A stretch of DNA of 64,000 nucleotides. Source: Pecten maximus (taxonomy: Eukaryota). The notes beneath the pieces are model-generated. The model worked only from the letters and a program-made list of their open reading frames with translations. It made no database searches and had not been told where the DNA came from. The stretch spans positions 18,724,001 to 18,788,000 of the forward strand of contig NC_047022.1 in assembly GCF_902652985.1 (NCBI RefSeq). Reading direction: 5' to 3'. Both the position numbers and the translations under genes were made by a program. This document shows, one piece after another, positions 52,660 through 64,000 of this stretch (its first letter is position 1; every line of letters starts with the position of its first letter).

Positions 52660-52952
52660 ACTTCAATGTCTCCGCTAAGGATTGAACCCAGGACCCCTGA
52701 CATACTTGTCTTATACATAACCGATCGAGCTAAAGAGAAGTTGTCCCTAGTCGAGCAGTATAATGCGGCTACTATTTACCAGGGTTAAACTATCAAAAAT
52801 AGAGATAAAATATTCAATTTTGATATTATAAACATTTTATTTATCTACTCTAACTAGCCCTCCAACTCTGGGTTGCAAGTTCGTAACCTACGTGGGACAG
52901 TTGCCAGGTACTGACCGTAGGCCGGTGGTTTTTCTCCGGATACTTCGGCTTT
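52660..52952. mobile_element. SINE fragments (minus-strand tRNA head 52660-52790; plus-strand V-domain-like piece 52860-52952)
   Basis: gattgaaccc...accgatcgagcta (reverse B and A boxes); ggtttttctccggatacttcggcttt. Confidence 0.55.
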
Positions 52953-53154
52953 CATTTAATTTTAATTTAATTTATCTACTCTAACGACAAAATTCATGGG
53001 TGAACTTGGGTTGTGTGGATCTTGATTTATATTGATCCAAACACGGAAATTACATAAAATAAAATTAACATGTTTAGTCCTTGTATGTAATCAGTCAAAA
53101 TCTGATATTTTTATTAGTTCATCAACCTTATGCCAGTATCTTAACTACCGAAAA

Positions 53155-54418
53155 CATACGCAGTTACGAAATTACTTCTATCTCAAGCCTATTCAGCAAA
53201 TGATAGCCACGTCATGAAAAACTTGAATGCAACTAGAGTAGTTCGGGGACGTAATGCTTCTTTGGGTGGTTAACAGTTACATTTGCACAAGTTGTAATTG
53301 CAATGATTTTTCGGCGATGTTTATAGAATATCTTATTACAATAAAAAAAAACAGCTTCTGATAGGAATTTTGTTTATTTGTAAAGTTAGGACGCAGTTCA
53401 AATTTACAAACTTTAAATATATCAATAGGTAAACATTATGTTTCATATATCAAAATGTGACCACAGGTTAAGTCCAATAACTAATTATGGTAAAGTAGGA
53501 AATTGTTTACTTGAAATAATTAGCATCATCAATATGAATCATAATTGAATATAAAACACTTTAAACGGGAAAATATAATTGCGATAATTGTAATGAAGAT
53601 GTGATATTCATCGGTATACCAAGCGTGAGATATCATACTTTGTAAGCCAGGAAAAAAGTATTTTCTTCCTAGCAATAAACAAAATTGTACACTGTAATTT
53701 CATATATCATGCTAGCGCTGAATTTTTCGGTGAGTTGACTTCTAACTCCATGTCTCGGAGACAGATCTTTTTCGAATTTCGATAGGCCATGTATATATAT
53801 CAACTTGGATTAATTTAAGATTTTAAAAGCATTTTGGCTAGTTTTTACAGTTTATTTAGAGGCCAAAACATGTCATATTCAAATATCAATTTTGTATTAA
53901 AGGATATCTCATCAAACCCTCGAAAAATTCGGAACTAGTAATTGATGACCCAACTGCATTTTTTTTTCATAAATAGAAGTAATGTATTTTTAGAGCATTA
54001 GACTCTAACGAGTTCATATTTCTTGCGCACTCCAGCCCAAAAGCTAGTGAACTGGAGTCCATATTTTTGTACACTATAGTACACTAGACTACAGCGTTTA
54101 GTTTGCTTCCAACTGTACCTTAACTCGCGCTTATGTCTATATACAAAGCTACTACATATTAGCTGTATGCAAAGACCGAAATTCGTATTCGAGAAGACAG
54201 AGGTACCCAGTGAATTGCGAAAGACTGGCAATGCGGCAGTTCTCCGTAAAGAGTCGATACTCCTGGTATTATTTTAACTTTAGCTCTGCACCATGTTAAT
54301 ATATCATGGCGAAATCGAAGGGAGAATTATAACCAGATATCTAAAATATATATTTACAGGTGAAAAAATCCAAACGCCTACCACAATATCGCAAATAGAA
54401 GCAACATCGAAACTTATG
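53155..54418 (+). repeat. 1.26-kb duplicate of 58945-~60193, flanked by a 62-bp direct repeat
   Basis: Co-linear with DED-gene intron 4 and the start of exon 5; identical 62-mers at 53093-53154 and 54419-54480. Confidence 0.92.
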
Positions 54419-54676
54419 AGTCAAAATCTGATATTTTTATTAGTTCATCAACCTTATGCCAGTATCTTAACTACCGAAAATGAATGACAAGCATTCCAAA
54501 TTCATTTCTTGTTTAGCCCTATGCAGTTTTTGGGAAGCGTTAACCATATATTCGGAAGCTTGTTGTCTACCGCAGCCAATGCTGCAACGTATTATGTACA
54601 ATACTTCGTGAGATGTATCATTTTAAATGACATATAAAACCCATGTTTAATATATTTTAATCCGTACAGCCTGACG

Positions 54677-57600
54677 ATGCCTAAAGACAAAACACACACG
54701 TCAACAAAAATGAGAGCCGTGCCATATGAAAAAGTGCCCCGTAAGGAATCAACATCAAATGGAGCAAGCTCTTATCAAGCCCGGACAGAAGTGAAGTCGA
54801 TTGAGCAGAACTATCAGCATGTTCAAGGTTTTAATATCACTTTAAAATAGCTCTTAGTCGTATCAATCTTATACTGTATAGTTTTGGTACATTTCATAGG
54901 TATTAAAGTTCAACCATGCCTTGTAATCTTTCTGTTGTAAACACTTCTATACATTTCGTAACTCATATAAACTGTCTCTATGTATTTATTTCCGCGCAAT
55001 ACTAAATGACCGCGAATAAAGTGAAATTATAACCTCCGCGAGTATTATCGATTTTACAGACAGATATTTGCCAGTTAAAAACGTCTCCATCGTTATGAAG
55101 GAAATGCAGTTACGTGACTAATAATCCGGACCAGGAATTCAGGAATGCAAAAAAAAAATTTTTTTTTTTTTTTTTTTTTTGTAAATGTATCCGGCACTGG
55201 AAATAATCAAATTAGCCATTCAAACTCTTTGATTATTTTTTGTATTAAAAAAAATATTATTGTAATATGCTAAAAGAATTTAAATAGACCCTATATATAT
55301 ATTAATGAAAATAAAAGAAACTGAATTAAATTGATAAAAATAAACATTGTACTACATATGTAGAAATGGGGATATTTTTATATATTGTCCATTATTATAA
55401 GCATTTTATTTCATTAAGTGAATAGTGATTTTTCTTTTTTTTTTTCTCTTTCGCTTTCCTCAAGAGGTCTCTTACAGATTTGATTATATTCATAATCTTA
55501 ATTGATGACTGAGGTAATTCCTTTTCATATATGTACTAATACTTGTAGCTGATAGATTACTTATTTATTTGTAACTGAGCAAGATCAGGTTACTTTATCA
55601 CGAGTTAACATATGATGAAGCACTCCATATTTGACTTTACCTTAGTGGGATCATGTTATGAAATGACCACTTTGCTACCAGGTATTTTTTTTTATACTTT
55701 ATGCAAAACATACTGTCTTAAAACACCGTTACATGTTAAATTTAAGATGTTTCCTCTTTCTTCTAGTATGGTGATACTAGGGACCAAAAGTGTGGAAGCC
55801 CAGGGGAAAAATTAGAAAAATGCAAATTGAACCAAAACACGTTTTCAAATATAAAAAGGGAGGCGTTGTACCTTATAGTTTAGATTGGGCTAGGATAGAT
55901 TGGTGTGTTCAGAACACGCTTTGTTCAATTGAAAATACGTGATGTGTTTTGCTCAGGGTTAGCTTTGCGTTTGAAATATATCGAATAGTCTCTATAAGCA
56001 ACAAATAGAGTTATTTTTCGACCTGTAGATCTAGTTCAGCTCTGGATGACGAAAGGGGTAAATGTCAAAAATTATTTTGAGTATTTAAGAAAAGTGCTGA
56101 CGATTTCGTTAACTATTATTAGTATCGGCGAGTGTTATTTTGCGATTTTTGTTTCGCCGATGAAAGGTTCTGAAAATAAGACGGTCTCACAAATAAGCCT
56201 TACTCGCCTTACAGGATACATGACTTCGAAAATAAGACGGCCTTGAAAATAGGTCTGCTTCGAAAATAAGCCTTTGATTCTTTACCAATAAAAAGAAAAT
56301 AAGCCGCGGCTTATTATCGAGATTTTAGGGTATATATCCAGATCCAGGATGATGTCTTATTCGTTATTTTCTTTTAAACAATTTCAGAATCCAACATGGA
56401 CGACGACTTAGTCATATCGACCGAGTGGAAATTGAATGTACTATTAGACAAAATTTCTCAGTCCCTTAAGGAGGAGGACTTACCAAGAATGAAATTTTAC
56501 TGCAGAGGTGAGACAAAACAAAAACATGATTAATTTCTATAGATTTACATAGATATATGTGTCAATATATATATCACCAAAACCTGGCACGTCCTTAAAT
56601 GACCCTGGCTATTAATAGGACGTTAAACAAAAACAAACAAACAAACAAAGTATCAAAAGTACAAAAGAAGATAGATCAATTATGTTAATCAATTTAAATT
56701 GTTGTCTATAAATGTTGTGGAACATATTCATTAGATGTATATAAAAGACATTATCGGTTAACTTACGTTTCTTTCATTTTTTTAATCAATAGCACATACA
56801 CTAATATTTGCTCCTTAAGTTCTTTTTCTTAGCAGGAAATGATGAATGACGATGGATTACGTAACGCATGTATACATATAACCATGCTTTCAATTGAAGC
56901 CGGAACTATTGGACGAAAAGCATTGAGCGAAGCAGTGAATCCACTCATGTTCTTCCAGTTGCTGATGGATAACGAGTTTTTAAATTGCAACAATCTTCTA
57001 CACTTGCAAGCAATGATTTGGCATATCGGCAGGAAAGATCTATACAAAGATATGGTAGCATTTGCGAGAGAGTGTCGTCGACAGCCATTGTATTTTTTCA
57101 CACCCAAGATAAAGCCAGGTATTGTATGCAATTTTTAATTTGCGTAGTCGGTCCGGATTTGGTAGTTATATACGACACAAAAAGCGTATCGGCGTCGTTG
57201 TGTACAAATAACTGAAGTTGGCGATAAAGTTCGAATCTTGAGTATTGCTGCAATGTTGAAATAGCAGTGGCGTGAATAAACAACGCCGCGAAAATAACTA
57301 GGTATACAGAATGTTTTTCTGTTTCAATTAATTCTAGTGCACGAAAATAACGTAATCTACAAAAGACGAGGGAGGATATCAAAACACATTGGTGAATGCA
57401 CCTTTAGTTCGCAAGTTTATTAATACAAAATTATGGCACATCTTTCAAAGAATCTCATTAATGTTTCAGTCAATGGGTACAAACACGTGAAATTCCATAT
57501 CGGAGGGTCAGAAACAAACAGGCGAGAAGTAGAAAATCTGAGAGGCGTTGTAGCAGAGCTACTTTGCGTACAACACGAAGATGTGATGCTGGTTGGCTTT

Positions 57601-60600
57601 GAACCTTCAAACAGCATCATCATTACCTTTATGGTACCTGAAGAAGCGATTGAAACGTTGTATGACTTAGAACCAGAAGACAGGAGTGTGCTTAAATCCA
57701 TGAAAGTTGATTACATATTTCAAGATGAACAAGAGATACCCTTAATTGGTACGTATGATTATGATATAATTAATATAAATTTATAACTTTAGCTTCATAA
57801 GAACAATGCAGCAAAGAAAAGAAAAAAAAGAAGGAAAGAATAATTATTGTAACATAGATCAAATTCAAAATGCCAAAAGATATTGAACCCTTGAATAATC
57901 AGAACATACATGTATAGGGTAAACCTGGACAGGTTTTCTTGCAGTTTTGATCAAACTAAACTCTGTATCTTTGTTAAAAGGCAGTGTACTAGACTAAACA
58001 TTGTAGTGCACTACGGTGTTAACTTCAGTGCACCACGGTGTTAACTACAGTGCACTACGATGTTGTTCATTTCAGTACACATTCATGGTGTTATGAGATT
58101 ACTAATCCGAGTGAAGATTTGTATCATACAAGGTTACCCAAATCCATATAAATGTAAGAATAATAAAATGTGACCATTATATGGACAATACACATTATAC
58201 TTTGTGTAAATAAATACAAGCATTTTTTAATTCTGTTTAAAAAGAAGCTGATTTTATACATCTGTACCCATATATATTACACATATATTAATTTCTTTCA
58301 ATTCATCTAATTATTGTGGTTATGGTAAATACTCTTTACATATCTACTGCAGTTATCTGTAATATGAATGTGTCTGCGATGGTATTTTGATAAAATGTTC
58401 TGAATAACAAAGTCTCCTTTAGGAATGTAATGACAGAAGCATTTATAATATGGTTTACAGTCGGCGATCAGTGGCTAGTTGTTCAAAAGGTGATTAGTTT
58501 AAAGATTTTTTTAGTGAAAATGTCATTTCTCCTTTACTTCAAATCATATGTGAGTGTATCATTCAAATCAAAATCAGCATGTAAGAAGAGACTGGTAGGT
58601 GTTATATTTAAAAAAAAGTTTTACCAGAAACCATTTTATCAGGATTTTCAGGATTTTAATATTGTTGGTTAACTATGATTAGCCTAGCTAATCACCATTG
58701 GAACAACTGGGCGCAGACAAAAATACTTAACAATTGATATATTAATAAGTGAATTCGTTTATAGGCCTGGTGTGTATATTTCATTTTATCATTGTAACAT
58801 AAACACAACTCTATATTGAAGTAGAGGACTGAATAGCATAATAATAAGATATATGTCTGCTATTGAAGGCTATATTATTTTATTGACAAATTTCAGCAAC
58901 TGAAATTTTAACTCATCTAATTGGAATATTTTCTACAAATTATACATACGCAGTTACGAAATTACTTCTATCTCAAGCCTATTCAGCAGATGATAGCCAC
59001 GTCATGAAAAGCTTGAATGCAACTAGGGTAGTTCGGGGACGTAATGCTTCCTTGGGTGGTTAACAGTTACGTTTGCACAAGCTGTAATTGTAATGATTTT
59101 TCGGCGATGTTTATAGAATATCTTATTACAATAAAAAACCGCTTCTGATATGAATATTATTTATTTGTAAAGTTAGGACGCAGTTCAAATTTACAAACTT
59201 TAAATATATCAATAGGTAAACATTATGTTTCATATATTAAAATGTGACCATAGGTAAATTCCAATAACTAATTATGGTAAATCAGGAAATGGTTTACTTG
59301 AAATAATTATCATTATCAATATGAATCATAATTGAAAAAAAAAAAACACTTTAAAAGGGTAATGAAGATGTGATATTCATCGGTAAGCGTCAGATATCAT
59401 ACTTTGTAAGCCAGGAAAAAAAGTATTTTCTTCCTAGCAATAAACAATATTTTACACTGTAATTTCATACATCATGCTAGCGCTGAATATATTGGTGAGT
59501 TGACCTCTAACTCCATGTCTCAGAGACCGAACTTTTCCGAATTTCGATAGGCCATGTATATCAACATGGATTATTTTAAGATTTGAAAGTATTTTGACTA
59601 GTTTATACAGTTTATTTAGAGGCCAAAATATGTCATATTCAAATATCAATTTGGTATAAAGGATATCTCATCAATGCCTTGAAAAATTCGGAACTAGTGA
59701 TTGATGACCAAACTGCAATTGTTTTTTAATAATTAGAAGTAATGTATTTTTACAGCATTAGACTCTAACTGGAGTTCATATGTCTTGCGCACTCCAGCCC
59801 ACAAGCTAGTGAACTGGAGTTCATATTTCTTGTACACTATAGTACACTAGACTACAACGTTTAGTTTGCTCCCAACTGTACCTTAACTCGCGTTTTCTTA
59901 AAAAAAATGTCTATTTAAAAAGCTGCTACATATTAGATGTATGCAAAGATCGAAATTCGTATTCGAGAAGACAGAGTTACCCAGTGAATTGCGAAAGACT
60001 GGCAATGCGGAAGTTCTCCGTAAAGAGTCGATACTTTTGGGATTATTTTCACTTTAGCTCTTCACCATGTTAATATATCATGGCAAAATCGAAGGAACAA
60101 TTATAACCAGATATTTAAAATATATATTTACAGGTGAAAAAATGCAAAAGCCTACCACAATATCGCAAATAGAAGCAACATCGAAACTTTTGAGAGATCG
60201 AGATCAGTTGACTTCCAAGTTAGGGAAACTGCAATCTTTACTTCAGAAAAGAAATGAGGAGTTACGTCAGGCAAAAGTGAATGAAAAACTTTTGCAACAG
60301 AGTAGGGACCAAGCTTTCATTGCTTTTATGACTCTCCTGAACAACCATCGACCGACTACGACGGCTATCGATTCTCTTGTTAACAAGAGTGGCATGGTAT
60401 ACTTCCGACATAGCCTTCAAACGTTTAGGTCGAAATTTCCAGACGAAATGGATGCCATTGAAACATTATTAGAAGCAAAGGAGCTACTTGCTTGCAAGGC
60501 TGAAAGAGATGCATGGAGGCAACATACTGAATCTATACGACTTTTGAATCAACTTGAGACAAATTCATTAAGGATTCAACACACAATGGCCATCACCAAG

Positions 60601-62302
60601 CTTCAAGGTATAAGCTACAATCAGAAACCACCAGTACTGTATCCCAATGGACATGTAACCACACAGAACAGAACCATTCAAGTTGATGTAGCAATGGTGA
60701 CAGAACAGGTTCAGACAGGAGACTTACCAAAAGACATGCAAATTGAACCAGCCAAAAAAGTATTTAACTCAAAAGGTAATTTTATTTTTCTGTCTTTACA
60801 ATTTTAACTATCAATGCCATTATAATAACTATTAAAGTATATGGAACTTAACGATGTACATCATAAAAATAAATGCACATACAAGTGAAGCCTTGGATAA
60901 GAAAGGAGATATCGATTCATGATGATAACACGAGAGAGATATCTCATTAACAAAAAACATTCCGTGTACGTTCAGAATGAGGATTTGCCTTGATTTGAGT
61001 ATAACCCGGTTATATCATTTCTGAAATAATTATAGGGAGACCTATGATTACAATAGGGACATTTTGGAACTATTACACAATAAAATAATCAATAAATCGG
61101 TAATTTGATGTGTCCAACTTAAAAACATGTTCGTATTGTGAGGAACCACAACATAAAACATCTCCATTGTTATGTTGTTTATACCTTGCGTCGTAAACTT
61201 TTGACAATGACAGTAAACTGGTTGATATTTGCTCTATAAGTACATTTACAAAACATAATTTTATATACAATAGTTTCATTTCTAACAAATATGTAACAAG
61301 TGATAGTCGAAACAACGAGCATTATACACGTCCAACTTTATATCTTATATATATGTGATTTTTTAATGAATTTTCATTTCATATGAGATTCCATGAAACG
61401 ACGTGTCTTGAAAGTTATTTTTGCGAGTCTTAGCGAGCTGAAATTACAACCTGAGACGAGATTTACTACGCTATTGGCATATATTTACTGTATAATAGGC
61501 CGATTGTGCGCTGAAATGTCTTTTTATTTATTTTAGTCATTAGAGCTTTTGAAGACATATCCAATATGCTGAATCTTGCACAAAAGAAGAGCCTACTCAG
61601 ACAGTCGGGGATAAGCGAGTCGGACGAACATAAATATTTGAAGAACAATGGGCAGTTCATGCAACACTTGTATCGTGCGAAACCAGCCGAACAAGTGATA
61701 GATGAATGTAAGTTAATTATTACTGTTGATTTCTGTATATATCAGTATTCCCTGAGAAAACACTACATTAGTACTTTTGTTTTATATAAATTCGGGTATA
61801 TATCCATTTTATATGAATAAAGAGTCAATAAATTATAATTATCAATCTATTAACAATCGCAAAATATAGTTATTTAAATATTTCTGTAGAAATAATTCGG
61901 GGTAATATTCATATAATCATTAAAGTCGAAAGGAAAAATTTAACTTGTATATCACGATAGGTCTTGTTCGTTTCGGTTCCTTTTCGGTGAGTATCTGTCC
62001 TTCGTCGTACGAAAAGTATTTGAGCCCGAGCATAAATATGTATTCGAGTACGACCCAGCTCTCAATGAGGTTGAAGGATAAATGATAAACATTTTCCTTT
62101 GATGAACAATTCCCTTTTAGTTCAGTTTTTTGTGATTTTCTTTTACTGTAAATGTTTCCATCTTTTGTTTTTCATGACATCAGTGGAATTTGCTCTGAAA
62201 ACGTGTCGTCAATTGGACGATAAGAAGCTAGACGAAGGAGTCTACAAGGTTGTGATGAGTGTTGTCAAATATCGCGACGAGCAATGTGCCATGTTACAGT
62301 GA
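54677..62302 (+). CDS. Death effector domain (DED) protein with TRADD-N-like domain, coiled coil and C-terminal death-fold-like region, ~566 aa
   Basis: Exons 54677-54827, 56388-56507, 56900-57118, 57470-57748, 60134-60775, 61537-61707, 62184-62302, all introns phase 1, total 1701 nt open. DED-like LLDKISQSLKEEDLPRMKFYC...FFQLLMDNEFLNCNNLLHLQAMIWHIGRKDL (RxDL motif). The first coding exon has a weaker donor (gtttta). Confidence 0.85.
57982..59878. mobile_element. Decayed relative of the 42668-45551 TIR element in DED-gene intron 4
   Basis: Subterminal gtgcactacg repeats at 57982-58080 and right TIR gtttagtttgctcccaactg|ta at 59859-59880; left TIR missing. Confidence 0.65.
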
Positions 62303-63029
62303 AAAAACGCTACCTGTATAGTCGTCGCGTAGATACTCTTCAGAGGAACAACTATCGAAACCTGGCCTATAGACAATGAATAAATAAATCTAACATTAGG
62401 AAGTATCGGTACATGTAACAGAAATTCAATCATCATCATTCGAGTAAAAGTCATTCATATGGAGGTCTGGAATATTCAAGATCAGGAATTTTAAAAACGA
62501 CAGATCTTAACAGAACATGATAACCTTATCATTTTCATATTAACGGCGCCAATGTAACTATAGAATATCATAGAGGATTTCTTATGATAATATGTTATAC
62601 GTTTAGAGAGGTTTGGGTAAGAGTTTGAACTCATACTAGAGTTCTCAATGGATTTGTCTCGGGATACAATACATGATAACAAAACTGATTATAACACTAT
62701 AATGTAGAACTAACTAATCTATATCAGCTACCGATCATATTTTGGGTGATGTATAACATTTCGTTATTTCCGATCGTCTCATTTTTTTTCGCTCCACTAA
62801 ACAGCGTATTTTCCTGGCAATCACATCCAAAACCAAAGGAACGAAAGCTTTCTATTTTTCCTCTGTAGTCAACACTGAAATCGTGATGATAAATCATTCA
62901 ATATCAAATCACCGTAAAAAGGGGAAAGCAAGGATGTTACTATCCAGAAATGGAAAACGATTGGGAAATTGGAATCATCACGTTTATCATACAGCTTAGT
63001 CGTAAGCTGTTCCTAATGTTTACGTTGTA

Positions 63030-63530
63030 AATAAAGATCGAGGCGATACCCTAAGTATGAAGTTCCAGTGACAAGCTGTGTAGGAGATAGAAACCTTATT
63101 TTGGTGTTGTCCAAAAGGTCAGAATGAGAAACTTTTGATATATGACACACTGCCTCATTAAGGTAAACCCATATACTGAGTATGAAGTTCCATTGTCAAG
63201 TAGTGTAGGAGATAAACGTCAAGACAAAATGTTTGATGTTAGCCTTACGTCAAAATGTAGGTCAGAGTGACCTTATTTTGACCCACGACTCACACCTTAC
63301 CTAAGAGAACCCATGTCCAATGTATGAAGTGGCCAAGGCAAGTAGTACATGTAGGAGATACAGCCAGGACATGTTTTCCTTTGATGTACAGGTCAAAGGT
63401 CAACTGTGGTCACAGTGACCTAATTTTGACACGACACAGCGCCTCACTTCGGTAAATCCATGACCCCAAGTATGAAGTGCAAGTGTCAAGAAGGTCAAAG
63501 GTCAAAATGCAGAGTGACATAATTTTGAGG
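63030..63530. repeat. Degenerate ~120-150-bp tandem repeats (aggtcaaaggtca / gtatgaagt), HINE-internal-repeat-like
   Basis: Four imperfect copies of agtatgaagt...gtaggagata...aggtcagagtgac. Confidence 0.55.
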
Positions 63531-64000
63531 CGTGTTTATTATCTACTTATGTTAATAATGAGTTATTTAGACACAGGGTAATGAATTGAGATTTGTATTT
63601 TGTAATATTAGTAAAGCTTTTGATAGGGTATGGTGGCCGCCAATTTAAATAAGAACCATATGGTACCAATGGAAACAACTGTCATCATTTAAAGACAATC
63701 TTTCTGAAAGAAAACAAAAAGTATTCACTAAGGTCACTATTCAAGTTTTAATAAATGTAAATTGATACACCAAAACGATTTTTTTTACATTGTGTTCCTT
63801 GATTGAATGTGGTTCTGTACATGTCACGCCAGCATCTGCCTTTGGCCCACGAATGCCGAAGGATTCATGTTTTTTTTCTCCAAATACTATATAGATTACT
63901 CTAACTGTATCTTATTAGTACTGGACCATCAATGACCTTGACTCTGTATGGTACACGTGGAGTAATCATGTGTTCTGCACATCAACATTTGTATATCAAA

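Noticed and set aside
54293-54487. ORF resembling the start of ORF 60067-60807, suggesting a second gene
   Set aside because: It is the truncated end of the 1.26-kb duplicate; its ATG is intronic in the source.

Overview
AT-rich eukaryotic DNA with spliced genes; the gene families and repeats suggest a bivalve mollusc, probably an oyster (inference). I reconstructed four protein-coding genes by hand from GT-AG boundaries and reading phase. (1) A Cngl-type cyclic nucleotide-gated channel (+, 1293-17730) with what appear to be two mutually exclusive exons for the CNBD C-helix. (2) A secreted short-chain-collagen-C4-like protein (+, 23438-25542), surrounded by decayed copies of its exon 1, two of which run into 42-bp coding-derived minisatellites. 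(3) A three-exon uncharacterised protein with a probable restriction-endonuclease (PD-(D/E)XK)-like C-terminal fold (-, 42431-34152). (4) A DED + TRADD-N-like + coiled-coil + death-fold-like protein (+, 54677-62302). Genes 3 and 4 are divergent, and each has the same 19-bp IRF/ISRE-type element (GAAATCGAAAGTGAAAGTA) at its 5' end, which suggests a co-regulated antiviral or immune pair. The rest is LINE remnants, SINEs, MITEs, Helentron-type non-autonomous elements, minisatellites and two local duplications. There is no CRISPR array, rRNA or intact tRNA. All calls come from reading the sequence; no database searches were run.
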